DNA of 64,000 bases from positions 928,001-992,000 of the forward strand of contig CBDCOX010000002.1 of the NCBI GenBank assembly GCA_965219995.1, read 5' to 3'. Source of the stretch: Candidatus Latescibacterota bacterium. Its GTDB lineage: Bacteria > Latescibacterota > UBA2968 > GCA-2709665. Shown here piece by piece: positions 29,499 through 37,895 of this stretch. The number at the start of each line of letters is the position of its first letter. Position 1 is the stretch's first letter. Position numbers and translations under genes: made by a program. The notes under the pieces were generated by a model that did no database searches, was not told where the DNA came from, and saw nothing but the letters and a program-made list of their open reading frames with translations.

Positions 29499-29645
29499 TT
29501 AATATACGATCATCTTCATCAACCACTGCGTGGTTACACCCCTCGGCATCTCGCCCGCAGGCCGTTGCGGGCCCGGGCGAAAGTCAGGGACTTTCAGGAG
29601 CTTGCTGCCTTCGACAATCGAGTCGTACGCCAGGATGGTCGGGCA
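29499..29645 (-). pseudogene. Orphan 3'-terminal fragment of a paralogous Gfo/Idh/MocA oxidoreductase
   Basis: Encodes PTILAYDSIVEGSKLLKVPDFRPGPQRPAGEMP, aligning with PAIMAHDSIEAGSTPLKVPDFRPSPDRRVGEMP at the end of 30351-31550; DNA 29545-29643 resembles 30385-30483. Confidence 0.85.
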
Positions 29646-29687
29646 GCGCTTCAACCGGCGAATGGAATTGGACCGCAATGCTTCTTT

Positions 29688-30086
29688 CTACAGGCGGCGG
29701 ACGTCGGGCAGGGCGGCCATCTTTTGGTCGAGCGTGAGGACTTGCATACCAGCGCGTGAATAGTCGTCGGCGATAAGCCGGTCAAACAAGCCGGCGCCGC
29801 CGGAAGCATGAAGGGCTTCGATAACCGAGCGCCCGTTCAGGGGGGAGACAAGGCCGCTGCCCAGCGCGTCGAGCAAAGAGGTTCGCGCATCGGCTTTCGA
29901 TACGCCATAGTGGTGCTGTACCGCCACGTAGGTCTCTCCGACGACCTGGTTTGAAACGAAGATTTCATGGCCGTGCTCGCGGACCAGCGCGCCAAGTTTG
30001 CTTACGCAATACACGAAGTGTTCTTCCGGATCTCTGGTGAGCAACCGCACGAGGACTGACGTGTCAATCCCGAAGCGACGGGTCAT
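29688..30086 (-). CDS. PIN-domain (VapC-type) toxin
   Basis: GIDTSVLVR, VVGE, LFDRLIA, LTLD; overlaps the upstream AbrB-type gene. Confidence 0.88.
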   Translation of the reverse strand: MTRRFGIDTSVLVRLLTRDPEEHFVYCVSKLGALVREHGHEIFVSNQVVGETYVAVQHHYGVSKADARTSLLDALGSGLVSPLNGRSVIEALHASGGAGLFDRLIADDYSRAGMQVLTLDQKMAALPDVRRL

Positions 30087-30306
30087 ACGATTTCTCCCGG
30101 AATTTCTGGAGATCAAACGTCCCACGTCCGCGCCGGATCTTGTCGCGAAGCGTACCGAGACGGGAAAGATCAATCCGTCTGGGCTTCAGCGCGAACCCGT
30201 CGGGGCCTTCTACGATCTCGAGCTGGTCGCCCGGGCCCACCCCAAGGGCGTCGAGCACCCGCGCAGGAAAGGTGACCTGGCGTTTTGACGTGATTTTGAC
30301 AATCAT
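30064..30306 (-). CDS. AbrB/MazE-type antitoxin
   Basis: KITSKRQVTFPARVLDALGVGPGDQL; AAGGAG RBS. Confidence 0.88.
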   Translation of the reverse strand: MIVKITSKRQVTFPARVLDALGVGPGDQLEIVEGPDGFALKPRRIDLSRLGTLRDKIRRGRGTFDLQKFREKSYDPSLRD

Positions 30307-30350
30307 GACGCATCTCCTTACTATTAATATAATAAAGTAAGGCAAATAGG

Positions 30351-31550
30351 TCAAGTCAGTCGCCACCCAACTCCCCGCCCCCCCGGCATCTCCCCCACCC
30401 GGCGGTCCGGGCTCGGGCGAAAGTCCGGGACCTTCAGGGGGGTGCTGCCCGCCTCGATCGAATCGTGCGCCATGATCGCGGGCGCGACGGTGTCCATTGC
30501 CCTGTAAACATCCAACGGCAGCGGTTTGCCCTCACGCACGGCGTCTCTGAAATGAGCATGGACGTAATAGTCGGCGTCGCCGTGGCCGCTGCCCCGGGCC
30601 CCTGACGGGGCATCCGTACGCTGGTACTGCCAGTCCACCTCCGCCCAGTCGTTCATCTGGGTATCGGCAAGCCACATCTTCGGCTTCTCGTCGAGCGAAC
30701 GGCGCCACTCGACACCGCCCTTCGTGCCGATGAACTGCCACCAGTGGTGGTCGCAGTGTGGCCTGGACTGGGTGAACCCGCACAGCATCCGGATCACTGT
30801 GTCCTTCTCGGTCTTCATCAGCGCGACCTGTATATCCGGACGAGAGATCTCGGGGAACGAGTAGCTGGGCTCGTTCGTACTCATCCCGACTACTTCCACG
30901 ACCCGGTCGTCGAGTACCTTCAGAACCACACTCATATCGTGCGAACCGATGCCGCCGATGATTGTGGGCAGCGTGTGCAGCACCGTGGGTTCGGCTTCGG
31001 GATGGTCGGGCAGCGATTCGATGGGAACCTGCTTGCCCGTCTTGAAATCCTGGAAATACTGATTCGTGCCGTACCACCCCACGTACTGGCCTTCGGCATA
31101 AGTAATCCTGCCCAGCCGCCCCTCTGTCACGAGTTGGCGCCAACCCTCCACAACCCCCCAGTACCGAGTCTGCTCGGCCAGGCTGTACACCATCCCCGTC
31201 CGCTCCACGTCGGTGACGATTCGCCAACAGTCCCCCATCGTGTACGCCGCGGGCACCTCGGAGTTCACGTGTTTTCCCGCCTCCAGCGCCCGCGCGGCCA
31301 TCTCCCCCACCTCCTTCCGCCTCACACACAGTCCCACCGCGTCCATCCCGTCGAACGCGAGGAAGTCCTCATAATCGGAAAACACCGCCACGTCGTCGCC
31401 GGCGCGGATGTGGCCCAGCGCGCGTGCCTGCAGCGGCTCGATCCAGTCATAGATTGCCGTAATCCGGTACCCCGGGATCTCCTGTAACAGTCGAATCCAG
31501 TTCAAGGCGCGGTGGCCCAGCCCGGCGATCCCGATTCGTACGTCATCCAT
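30351..31550 (-). CDS. Gfo/Idh/MocA family oxidoreductase
   Basis: RIGIAGLGHR, ALEAGKHVNSEVP, GHGDADY. Confidence 0.9.
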   Translation of the reverse strand: MDDVRIGIAGLGHRALNWIRLLQEIPGYRITAIYDWIEPLQARALGHIRAGDDVAVFSDYEDFLAFDGMDAVGLCVRRKEVGEMAARALEAGKHVNSEVPAAYTMGDCWRIVTDVERTGMVYSLAEQTRYWGVVEGWRQLVTEGRLGRITYAEGQYVGWYGTNQYFQDFKTGKQVPIESLPDHPEAEPTVLHTLPTIIGGIGSHDMSVVLKVLDDRVVEVVGMSTNEPSYSFPEISRPDIQVALMKTEKDTVIRMLCGFTQSRPHCDHHWWQFIGTKGGVEWRRSLDEKPKMWLADTQMNDWAEVDWQYQRTDAPSGARGSGHGDADYYVHAHFRDAVREGKPLPLDVYRAMDTVAPAIMAHDSIEAGSTPLKVPDFRPSPDRRVGEMPGGRGVGWRLT

Positions 31551-31561
31551 TTCGAGAATCC

Positions 31562-32638
31562 TCACGCTGAACCGGAAACCCAAACCGGGCCGACGAACAG
31601 ATCGTCCGGCAGCAGGCTCGTCGTCACGATAGAATGGGGATGGTTGAAGCCCTCGGTGGTGACCTGGGCCATTGCCGTGTAATAGGTGCTTTCTCCACTC
31701 ACGCCGCAGCGGTTCCCGCCGCTGTGTCCCCGCAGCCAGTCGGGATCGACCAATTGCTCGCCCTTCCACTTCCCCCGCGTCGCCAGCAGATGCCCGAAAC
31801 GGGCGATATCCGACGGGCTCATCACCACCCACCCCGGACCGCTTCGCACCACGTGACCATTGATTTCATAGGGCGGATCGAGATAGGTATAGGAATCCGG
31901 TATATCCGGATAGAAGTACTTGCTTTCACTCACCGTACGGCCGGTGTACCAGTCCCACCGCCTCGGATGAATCCCGATCCTACCGAACAGCCGCTCGTCC
32001 AGCACCTCTTTGAGGTCGCGGTCCCAGACAAAGGTCAGCGCCTGGCCCAGGCGCCAGAATCCGGCGCTGCTGTAGTGTTCTCTCGTGCCAGGCTTCACGT
32101 GCGAATAGAGGTCATAGAACGGATCGCCGGTCCAGGTTGCCCACTCGGGGAGCCCTTTGCGTCCCTTAGCCCATGCGCTTCCCAATTCCATGGGAAACCC
32201 GCCCTGGTGCGCGCTGCGGTCCTTCGGGCCGATGAGGTGGCGCCAGGTGAGCGTCCGGTGGTGTCCGCGGTTCAGGGTTTTGTGTGGATGCGATAGCTCC
32301 CCCTCCCCCGTCCAGGTCCTGTGGATCGGTTCGTCGGGATCCAGTATCCCGTCTTCCGTGGCAAACCCGATCAGCACCCACATAAACGCCTTGCCCATCG
32401 ATGCCGTCTGGAACCGGTAATGCCGGTCGCCCCAGGCATGCACGAGGTAGCCTCCGCGCGTGAGGACCGTGCCCCATTGGTTCCCGGTATGGTCCTCACC
32501 GCCGAACCACGCGCCCTTGATGTCAAGTCCCGACAGGAAGCGATCGAACGCTTCGATGTCCAATCCGGCTTCAGCGGGCGTGATCTTGACCCAGTCATCG
32601 CCAGGATAGGTTACCCACTCCGGGATTTCATTTTCCAC
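31562..32638 (-). CDS. Serine hydrolase (beta-lactamase/AmpC-like fold)
   Basis: SMGK (SxxK), YSS, DIARFGHL...GKWKGEQLV, HSGG. Confidence 0.85.
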   Translation of the reverse strand: MENEIPEWVTYPGDDWVKITPAEAGLDIEAFDRFLSGLDIKGAWFGGEDHTGNQWGTVLTRGGYLVHAWGDRHYRFQTASMGKAFMWVLIGFATEDGILDPDEPIHRTWTGEGELSHPHKTLNRGHHRTLTWRHLIGPKDRSAHQGGFPMELGSAWAKGRKGLPEWATWTGDPFYDLYSHVKPGTREHYSSAGFWRLGQALTFVWDRDLKEVLDERLFGRIGIHPRRWDWYTGRTVSESKYFYPDIPDSYTYLDPPYEINGHVVRSGPGWVVMSPSDIARFGHLLATRGKWKGEQLVDPDWLRGHSGGNRCGVSGESTYYTAMAQVTTEGFNHPHSIVTTSLLPDDLFVGPVWVSGSA

Positions 32639-32815
32639 GCCTTTGTCGCCTTCCTTCGAATTATATGGGGAGTTGTTCTTTCATTCGTAGTGAATCACAC
32701 GAAATTCGACTTACATTTTTCGACATACCTCTCTACGGCCTAAACACCTGGAGGAACCCAGCACGTTGTTCAGCGACAACGTATTACAGGGAGCACTCAA
32801 CAGTTTACACTATTA

Positions 32816-32920
32816 CACACCATTGACCTGGCACCCTGAGTCGCTCCCTGAGCTTGTCGAAGGGTCGGCGAAGGGTCAAAAAGCCGCCTCAACACGGGCG
32901 CTTCGACAAGCTCAGCGTCC
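32816..32920. repeat. Nested REP-like element (double nest) with inverted partner
   Basis: CACACCATTGACCTGGCA-CCCTGAG..CCCTGAGCTTGTCGAAGGG..CGAAGGG...CTTCGACAAGCTCAG; direct repeat of 28175-28295. Confidence 0.8.
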
Positions 32921-32995
32921 ACGGTCAGACAGGTCCCTTTCCAAGTTGGCAGGAGCATAAGACGTAACTAATTACAATTCCGGATATTATGTCGT

Positions 32996-33616
32996 TCACC
33001 CGCTCATATCGCCGTCGCCATTCGCATCGAGGATGGCCTTGCGCAAATCTCGATAGCCGACTGAAACCGCCCCTGCCTCGTTTAGACGCGAGAGCGTAAC
33101 TGTTTTCTGACTGTTAAACGCCGCGTCGATGATTCGCGTTGGCAGGACGAAAAACTCCCACTGCGTGAGTTCGAGAGGGTTGATTGTCCGTTTGTCCCGG
33201 TGAGCAAGGAGGCAGAATACGTACACGTCTGCGCTGCGAACGGGAATCGTGCCGTACTCCCCCGTCTCCGGATCCCAGGCTATTGTCTTTGCAATTCCGA
33301 ACGAAATCTGAGATGGCTGGGACTGACGCCACGACTGAATGTAAGCCGCTGATTTTACCTCGATTGAAATCCCTTTGGGCGTCCGGATATCTACGGTATC
33401 CCATTCGATCCTGACCGGTGCGCCTTCCCATGCCCCGACGGCCTGGCCGACGATGTATTCAGCGACCTTTCCACGAAGGGCGTTGTTCAAAATATCTGAT
33501 CCCACCCAGACCCAGAAGTCAAGTACAGCGAATGAGGTCGGCTTACCATCAACCGTAAAAACCGACTGCGGTCGAAGTGGCTGCGGACCATGCTCGACAG
33601 ACTGAAACTCGGTCAT
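32996..33616 (-). CDS. Hypothetical PD-(D/E)xK-like nuclease
   Basis: RGKVAEYIV...WDTVDI...IEVKSAAY...ADVYVFCL fits an E...D...EVK restriction-endonuclease-like core. Confidence 0.65.
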   Translation of the reverse strand: MTEFQSVEHGPQPLRPQSVFTVDGKPTSFAVLDFWVWVGSDILNNALRGKVAEYIVGQAVGAWEGAPVRIEWDTVDIRTPKGISIEVKSAAYIQSWRQSQPSQISFGIAKTIAWDPETGEYGTIPVRSADVYVFCLLAHRDKRTINPLELTQWEFFVLPTRIIDAAFNSQKTVTLSRLNEAGAVSVGYRDLRKAILDANGDGDMSG

Positions 33617-33717
33617 TACTATCGATCCAGAGGTAATGGCATCAGAGGCCTACACCAGGCACCACGGTCACGAGTGGGAGTTGCGGAACAAGGCTGGACT
33701 CGATAAGACCCGTAGAT

Positions 33718-34209
33718 CTATTCCACAATCGTTCCATCTTCTTGTTTGAATTCTAAATCATCCAGAACAAGCACGTTCACGTCCTCGACGTTTTCAAGTG
33801 CTTTATCGTTGGTCAAGAACACCTGACACTTTGCAGTCTTCGCGACAGCAACTTGCAAAGCATCGGGGGTACGTAACCCATACCGTGCCCGGAGACCTGC
33901 GGCTTGCTCGGCAGTCTCTGCATCGACAGGCAGCGTATGGAAATTGGCACTGTGGAGTAACAGATCGCGATACTGTCTTTGCAGATGAATCTGCCCTTGT
34001 TTCAGTGGCTGAGTCAACACTTCCGTCAAGGTAATTGCCGAGGTAAACCCTGTACTGATCCCTTGATCGATTCGGCGAAAAATCTCCGTCACCAACTCAT
34101 CGTACTTGGGATGTGTTTCGATCAGATAGATGATAGGCGACGTGTCGAATCCCACCGACGTCACATCGGCGAATGCCTCATGCAATGTCATCACGGTTAA
34201 CGCTCCCAC
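33718..34209 (-). CDS. PIN-domain (VapC-type) toxin
   Basis: FDTSPIIY, TLTE, LRTPDALQVA, FLTND; start GTG 34209 or ATG 34191. Confidence 0.9.
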   Translation of the reverse strand: MGALTVMTLHEAFADVTSVGFDTSPIIYLIETHPKYDELVTEIFRRIDQGISTGFTSAITLTEVLTQPLKQGQIHLQRQYRDLLLHSANFHTLPVDAETAEQAAGLRARYGLRTPDALQVAVAKTAKCQVFLTNDKALENVEDVNVLVLDDLEFKQEDGTIVE

Positions 34210-34421
34210 TCTTTGCGAAGACGATCAACGTACTCTTGAGCATCAATTCCTTGCCAGATTTCCTTACCTAATCCACGCAATTCCAAAATGCTCCGGTTCT
34301 TGGGCTCCTGCTGGGCGACGAGAGCCAAATCATGAACCGCCATTTCCAACAGGCGAAGGCGCTCCGCTGTCGGCAACGGTTTTACGTATTTTTCGTAAAT
34401 GTCCACCAGTTGATCCGCCAT
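34197..34421 (-). CDS. Putative antitoxin partner of the PIN toxin
   Basis: Small protein ending SILELRGLGKEIWQGIDAQEYVDRLRKEW, typical upstream of PIN toxins; overlaps the toxin. Confidence 0.8.
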   Translation of the reverse strand: MADQLVDIYEKYVKPLPTAERLRLLEMAVHDLALVAQQEPKNRSILELRGLGKEIWQGIDAQEYVDRLRKEWER

Positions 34422-34730
34422 ACCGTTCCCTTTCCCTTTGCGCGTTAAATGGTCACACTTGCTTGACAAAACCACGCCGGAACGCAGCCACGGCGTAAGT
34501 CTGATGTCCCCTAACTCCTGAATTTGCAGTTACGTCCAAGATTTATCGGACGTCGCCAACATACGTAGACACGCCCCCCGTTCCTTTGCCAATACGGGTA
34601 GATTTTGCCAGCGAGGAACTCAAGTCAGTCAACGCGTCGCGGAATCTGATAACCGCAGTAAACGTACCAATAACCGTGGCTTGACGCAACGTCGAGACGC
34701 GCGCTCCGGCCTGTCGCCCTTCGCGGCCAG

Positions 34731-35000
34731 TCAGGTATCTACCCGAGCACGAAGTGGGAATCGATCAGGATGGCGGATGGTTTCCAACCCAAGATCTATA
34801 TCCAAATCGGGCCAATAGAAGTGTCCGGGAGTCGGCTCCTTCACGTTCAGGATGCTTCCCACGGAAGCATCTTTAAACCACGGAAAATCCTCGTAGGAAA
34901 GGAAATTCTCCTCATTGCCGGCAAGCAATGAGACGCCGTGTGCGGATATGCCGCTGACCTCAACTCCCGAAGTGCCGATGCCATGCTGTTTGGAACTCAT
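34731..35000 (-). CDS. DUF2442 family protein
   Basis: EVSGISAHGV..FLSYEDFPWFKDA..HFYWPDLDIDL. Confidence 0.85.
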   Translation of the reverse strand: MSSKQHGIGTSGVEVSGISAHGVSLLAGNEENFLSYEDFPWFKDASVGSILNVKEPTPGHFYWPDLDIDLGLETIRHPDRFPLRARVDT

Positions 35001-35223
35001 GCGTTTTTTCAAATACTGCCATATTTTCCATAGAATCTCGACAAATGTCACCGACCTTCCTCAGGACTCGACGGCTCGTCTCCTCTCATATAGACGATAA
35101 CGCGATTGGACAATTGTATTGCTCCAATCCTGAGACCGTTACCCAATTTGCAACCTCCCGAGTTGCCATCTCTCTTATGTCTCAACGCTGTTCCGATACC
35201 GATATCGATTTGCCGTTGTTCAG

Positions 35224-36120
35224 TCACGACTTTTTAAGCATCACATTCGCCTGTTCAAGCAGACGTTTGAGAGCCTTGCGCTGTGAGTCATTGATGTTCG
35301 GGTAAATATTCACTTGATACTCCCGATCACGTGAGCGATATCCCAGCCTGTCTATGCCCGCCTCATCGAACATTTCATCAATATCCGCATCCTGCGGATG
35401 TTTGATCATCATCCTTACATGCGCCTTGTGCGGCCTGAACCTGACGAAATTGAATGCACTTCCTGCAACTTCAAGCCCGATATAGTGTTTGGTGTAATTG
35501 AGGGTTGCGGCAGGCTCTACCTCACGCACGATTCCAAACAGATCGTCGGTAAGACTTAGCGTCTCCTTTGTGCCACGATCCGTTTCCCAAAATGACTGAT
35601 CTACACGTTCTGCCGAGGTCTCGTCATTGTCGACGGGTCCAAACGTGAGTTCGTCCAAAACCTTGACAAATGTCAACGCATAGTCGTCTCCGATACGGAA
35701 TGCGGTCATCTTGAGTGCGATTAGTGGTATTTGACCATAAAATAGCTGAACTACGTTGAGGAATCGTGATGTTATTTCCTCCGCAACGATTACTGCTGCG
35801 TGTTCGTACTGTGGATATCGTTTTCGCTCCAGATCCCAATATTCCACTGTGCGTATGATATGGCTTTCGTCCGTCTCTCCGAGCTGAATCTCAACTTCAT
35901 ATCGCTTATCTGATTTAGTGTCCCGCAATAGCAAGTCAAGTCGTCCGGCCTTGGGCTGGCGCCTTTCCCGATCAATCGCCACGAGTTCACCCAACCCCAG
36001 AATTGTGGGATCACTCGCGATCTGTTTCTGCACGTGTTTTTCCGAAAGTTGATCCAACCGTTTCAAATTAACTCTCTCGAGTCTAATAAACTTTGTGCTT
36101 TTTTCATTTTCAGATGACAT
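35224..36120 (-). CDS. NucS-like/PD-(D/E)xK nuclease with a DUF5655-like C-terminal domain
   Basis: EKHVQ..GRLDLLL..YEVEIQLGETDESHIIRTVEYW; C-terminal LNYTKHYIGL; AAGGAG RBS; lower GC than the backbone. Confidence 0.65.
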   Translation of the reverse strand: MSSENEKSTKFIRLERVNLKRLDQLSEKHVQKQIASDPTILGLGELVAIDRERRQPKAGRLDLLLRDTKSDKRYEVEIQLGETDESHIIRTVEYWDLERKRYPQYEHAAVIVAEEITSRFLNVVQLFYGQIPLIALKMTAFRIGDDYALTFVKVLDELTFGPVDNDETSAERVDQSFWETDRGTKETLSLTDDLFGIVREVEPAATLNYTKHYIGLEVAGSAFNFVRFRPHKAHVRMMIKHPQDADIDEMFDEAGIDRLGYRSRDREYQVNIYPNINDSQRKALKRLLEQANVMLKKS

Positions 36121-36298
36121 GCTACTCTCCTTTTGTCGATACCATTCGGATGTGATGAAAGTTTGGTCGTGCACTATGCCAGACAATAGAGAATCATCCG
36201 AGGTCGCTGTAGATGCCTCGTCAACATGACACCTGACGGATACATTTCTACAACGATCTGAGCTCGTGGATCGTTCTTCTGTCTCGTTCCCGATAGGC

Positions 36299-36723
36299 CG
36301 TTAGCAATGTGGGCAGACAGGCTTGTCTGCCCACATTGCTAACGTCGGCTTCTTCATCGCCTCCACCCTGGCCTTTGTAGGGGCGTCCCTTGTGGGCGTC
36401 CGGCCTTCCGCGACGGACGTGCCGCCTTTCAGGTCTGGGACACGTACAAATCACGCTGGTGTGTACCTATGCCGCAGTAGATCCTTCGTCGGCCTGCCTG
36501 CCGATGATTCTCCAGCAGACAGGACGGCCTCCTCAGGATGACATGTCGGGCGAAGGCGTATTGGTTGTAATTCGAGGATGCTGATCGGCACACATGTCAT
36601 TCGGAGCTTAGCGAAGAATCTCCCGTCTACTCGATCGTCCTTAACACTGCAACGCGGGAAACTCCCTGGCGCGGAGACTTCATTGGCATTGCGAGGCGGG
36701 CAGACAGGAATGTCCGCCCCACC
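36299..36723. repeat. Cluster of REP-like palindromes from several families
   Basis: Perfect 21-bp inverted repeat 36299-36344; GTAG REP 36377-36401; AGATCCTTCG...CTCAGGATGACA 36479-36543 with partner 36595-36621; GGCAGACAGGAATGTCCGCC 36699-36718. Confidence 0.75.
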
Positions 36724-36847
36724 CTCAAACCGGCGACCTAAGCATGGCAGTCCGGTTATCGGGAGAGGCCTTGTTCCACCAACAAAAACGGCCATTCAAA
36801 CATGAACGTTAAATGGCCATTGTCTGCGCAGCAAAAGTGGAATTTTA

Positions 36848-36923
36848 TGGAGCGGGAAACGGGACTCGAACCCGCGACTTCAAGCTTGGGAAGCTTGCGC
36901 TCTACCAGCTGAGCTATTCCCGC
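36848..36923 (-). tRNA. tRNA-Gly (CCC)
   Basis: GCGGGAATAGCTCAGCTGGTAGAGCGCAAGCTTCCCAAGCTTGAAGTCGCGGGTTCGAGTCCCGTTTCCCGCTCCA; cloverleaf, anticodon CCC, encoded CCA. Confidence 0.97.
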
Positions 36924-36953
36924 CCCTGTTTCTGGTGAAATCTACCAACTCCC

Positions 36954-37895
36954 TCAGAGGGTGTCAAGAATTTTGAGAATGGCGTTGGGCGCGCCGGTTT
37001 CATTCGCGTCGATCCACGTCAGGCGGCGATCCCTTCCAAACCACGTGAGCTGTCGTTTGGCGTACCGCCTGGTACCCATCTTGATCTGCGCCGCGGTTTC
37101 AGCCAGTTCCAGTTTCCCTTCCAGATGATCGAAAACCTCTCGGTACCCGAATGTATTGAGTGCGTTGAGCTCCGGACCGTAGCCGCGGCGTTGCAGATCC
37201 CGGACTTCGTCGACGAGCCCGGAATCGAACATCGCGTCGACGCGTTCTTCGATCCTGCGGTACAGCAACGACCTGTCCATCCTCAGCCCGAACCGTGCTG
37301 CACGCCAGTTTCTCCCTGTTGGCGGCGACTGCTCGTGAAGCACCGAGAGCGGCGTTCCCGTAAGTTCGAAAACTTCAAGCGCGCGGACGATACGTTTGGT
37401 ATCGTTGGCGTGCAGGCGTTCGGCCGTTCGCGGGTCGACGCCGCGCAACCGGGCGTAGATTCCCGCCGGATCTTCGTTTGCGTCCGCCATCAGACGCCCC
37501 CTGACGGCTCGCGGGGTGCGCGGCAGCGGCGAAAAGCCGTCGAGGACCGCCTTCAGATAAAGCCCTGATCCCCCCACGAGTACAGGGACCCGACTTCGCT
37601 CCAGAATCGACTCGATTGCCTCGCAAGCGTCGCTGGCGTAATGCCCGGCGCTATACTCTTCGTCCGGATTCACCACGTCGATCATGTGGTGTTTCGCCAG
37701 GGCACGCTCTTCCACCGTGGGTTTGGCCGTTCCGATGTCCATATGCCGGTAGATCTGGCGTGCGTCCACGGAGACCACTTCCCCGCCGAGTGCCCTCGCC
37801 AGGGCAATGCCAACCCGGGTCTTGCCGGATGCGGTGGGGCCCACGAGCGCCAGTATTCGGCGCTGCCTATCTGCTGAATTGCCGGTCGATTTCAT
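36954..37895 (-). CDS. miaA: tRNA dimethylallyltransferase
   Basis: GPTASGKT, DARQIYRHMDIGTAKP, VGGSGLY, TRRYAKRQLTW. Confidence 0.97.
   Translation of the reverse strand: MKSTGNSADRQRRILALVGPTASGKTRVGIALARALGGEVVSVDARQIYRHMDIGTAKPTVEERALAKHHMIDVVNPDEEYSAGHYASDACEAIESILERSRVPVLVGGSGLYLKAVLDGFSPLPRTPRAVRGRLMADANEDPAGIYARLRGVDPRTAERLHANDTKRIVRALEVFELTGTPLSVLHEQSPPTGRNWRAARFGLRMDRSLLYRRIEERVDAMFDSGLVDEVRDLQRRGYGPELNALNTFGYREVFDHLEGKLELAETAAQIKMGTRRYAKRQLTWFGRDRRLTWIDANETGAPNAILKILDTL

Noticed and set aside
34498-34520. Possible transposon end (GTCTGATGTCCCCTAACTCC)
   Set aside because: No partner inverted repeat or transposase nearby
27200-36800. Integron cassette array (many short same-strand genes)
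   Set aside because: No intI and no convincing RYYYAAC...GTTRRRY attC structure found by eye; spacers are REP-like
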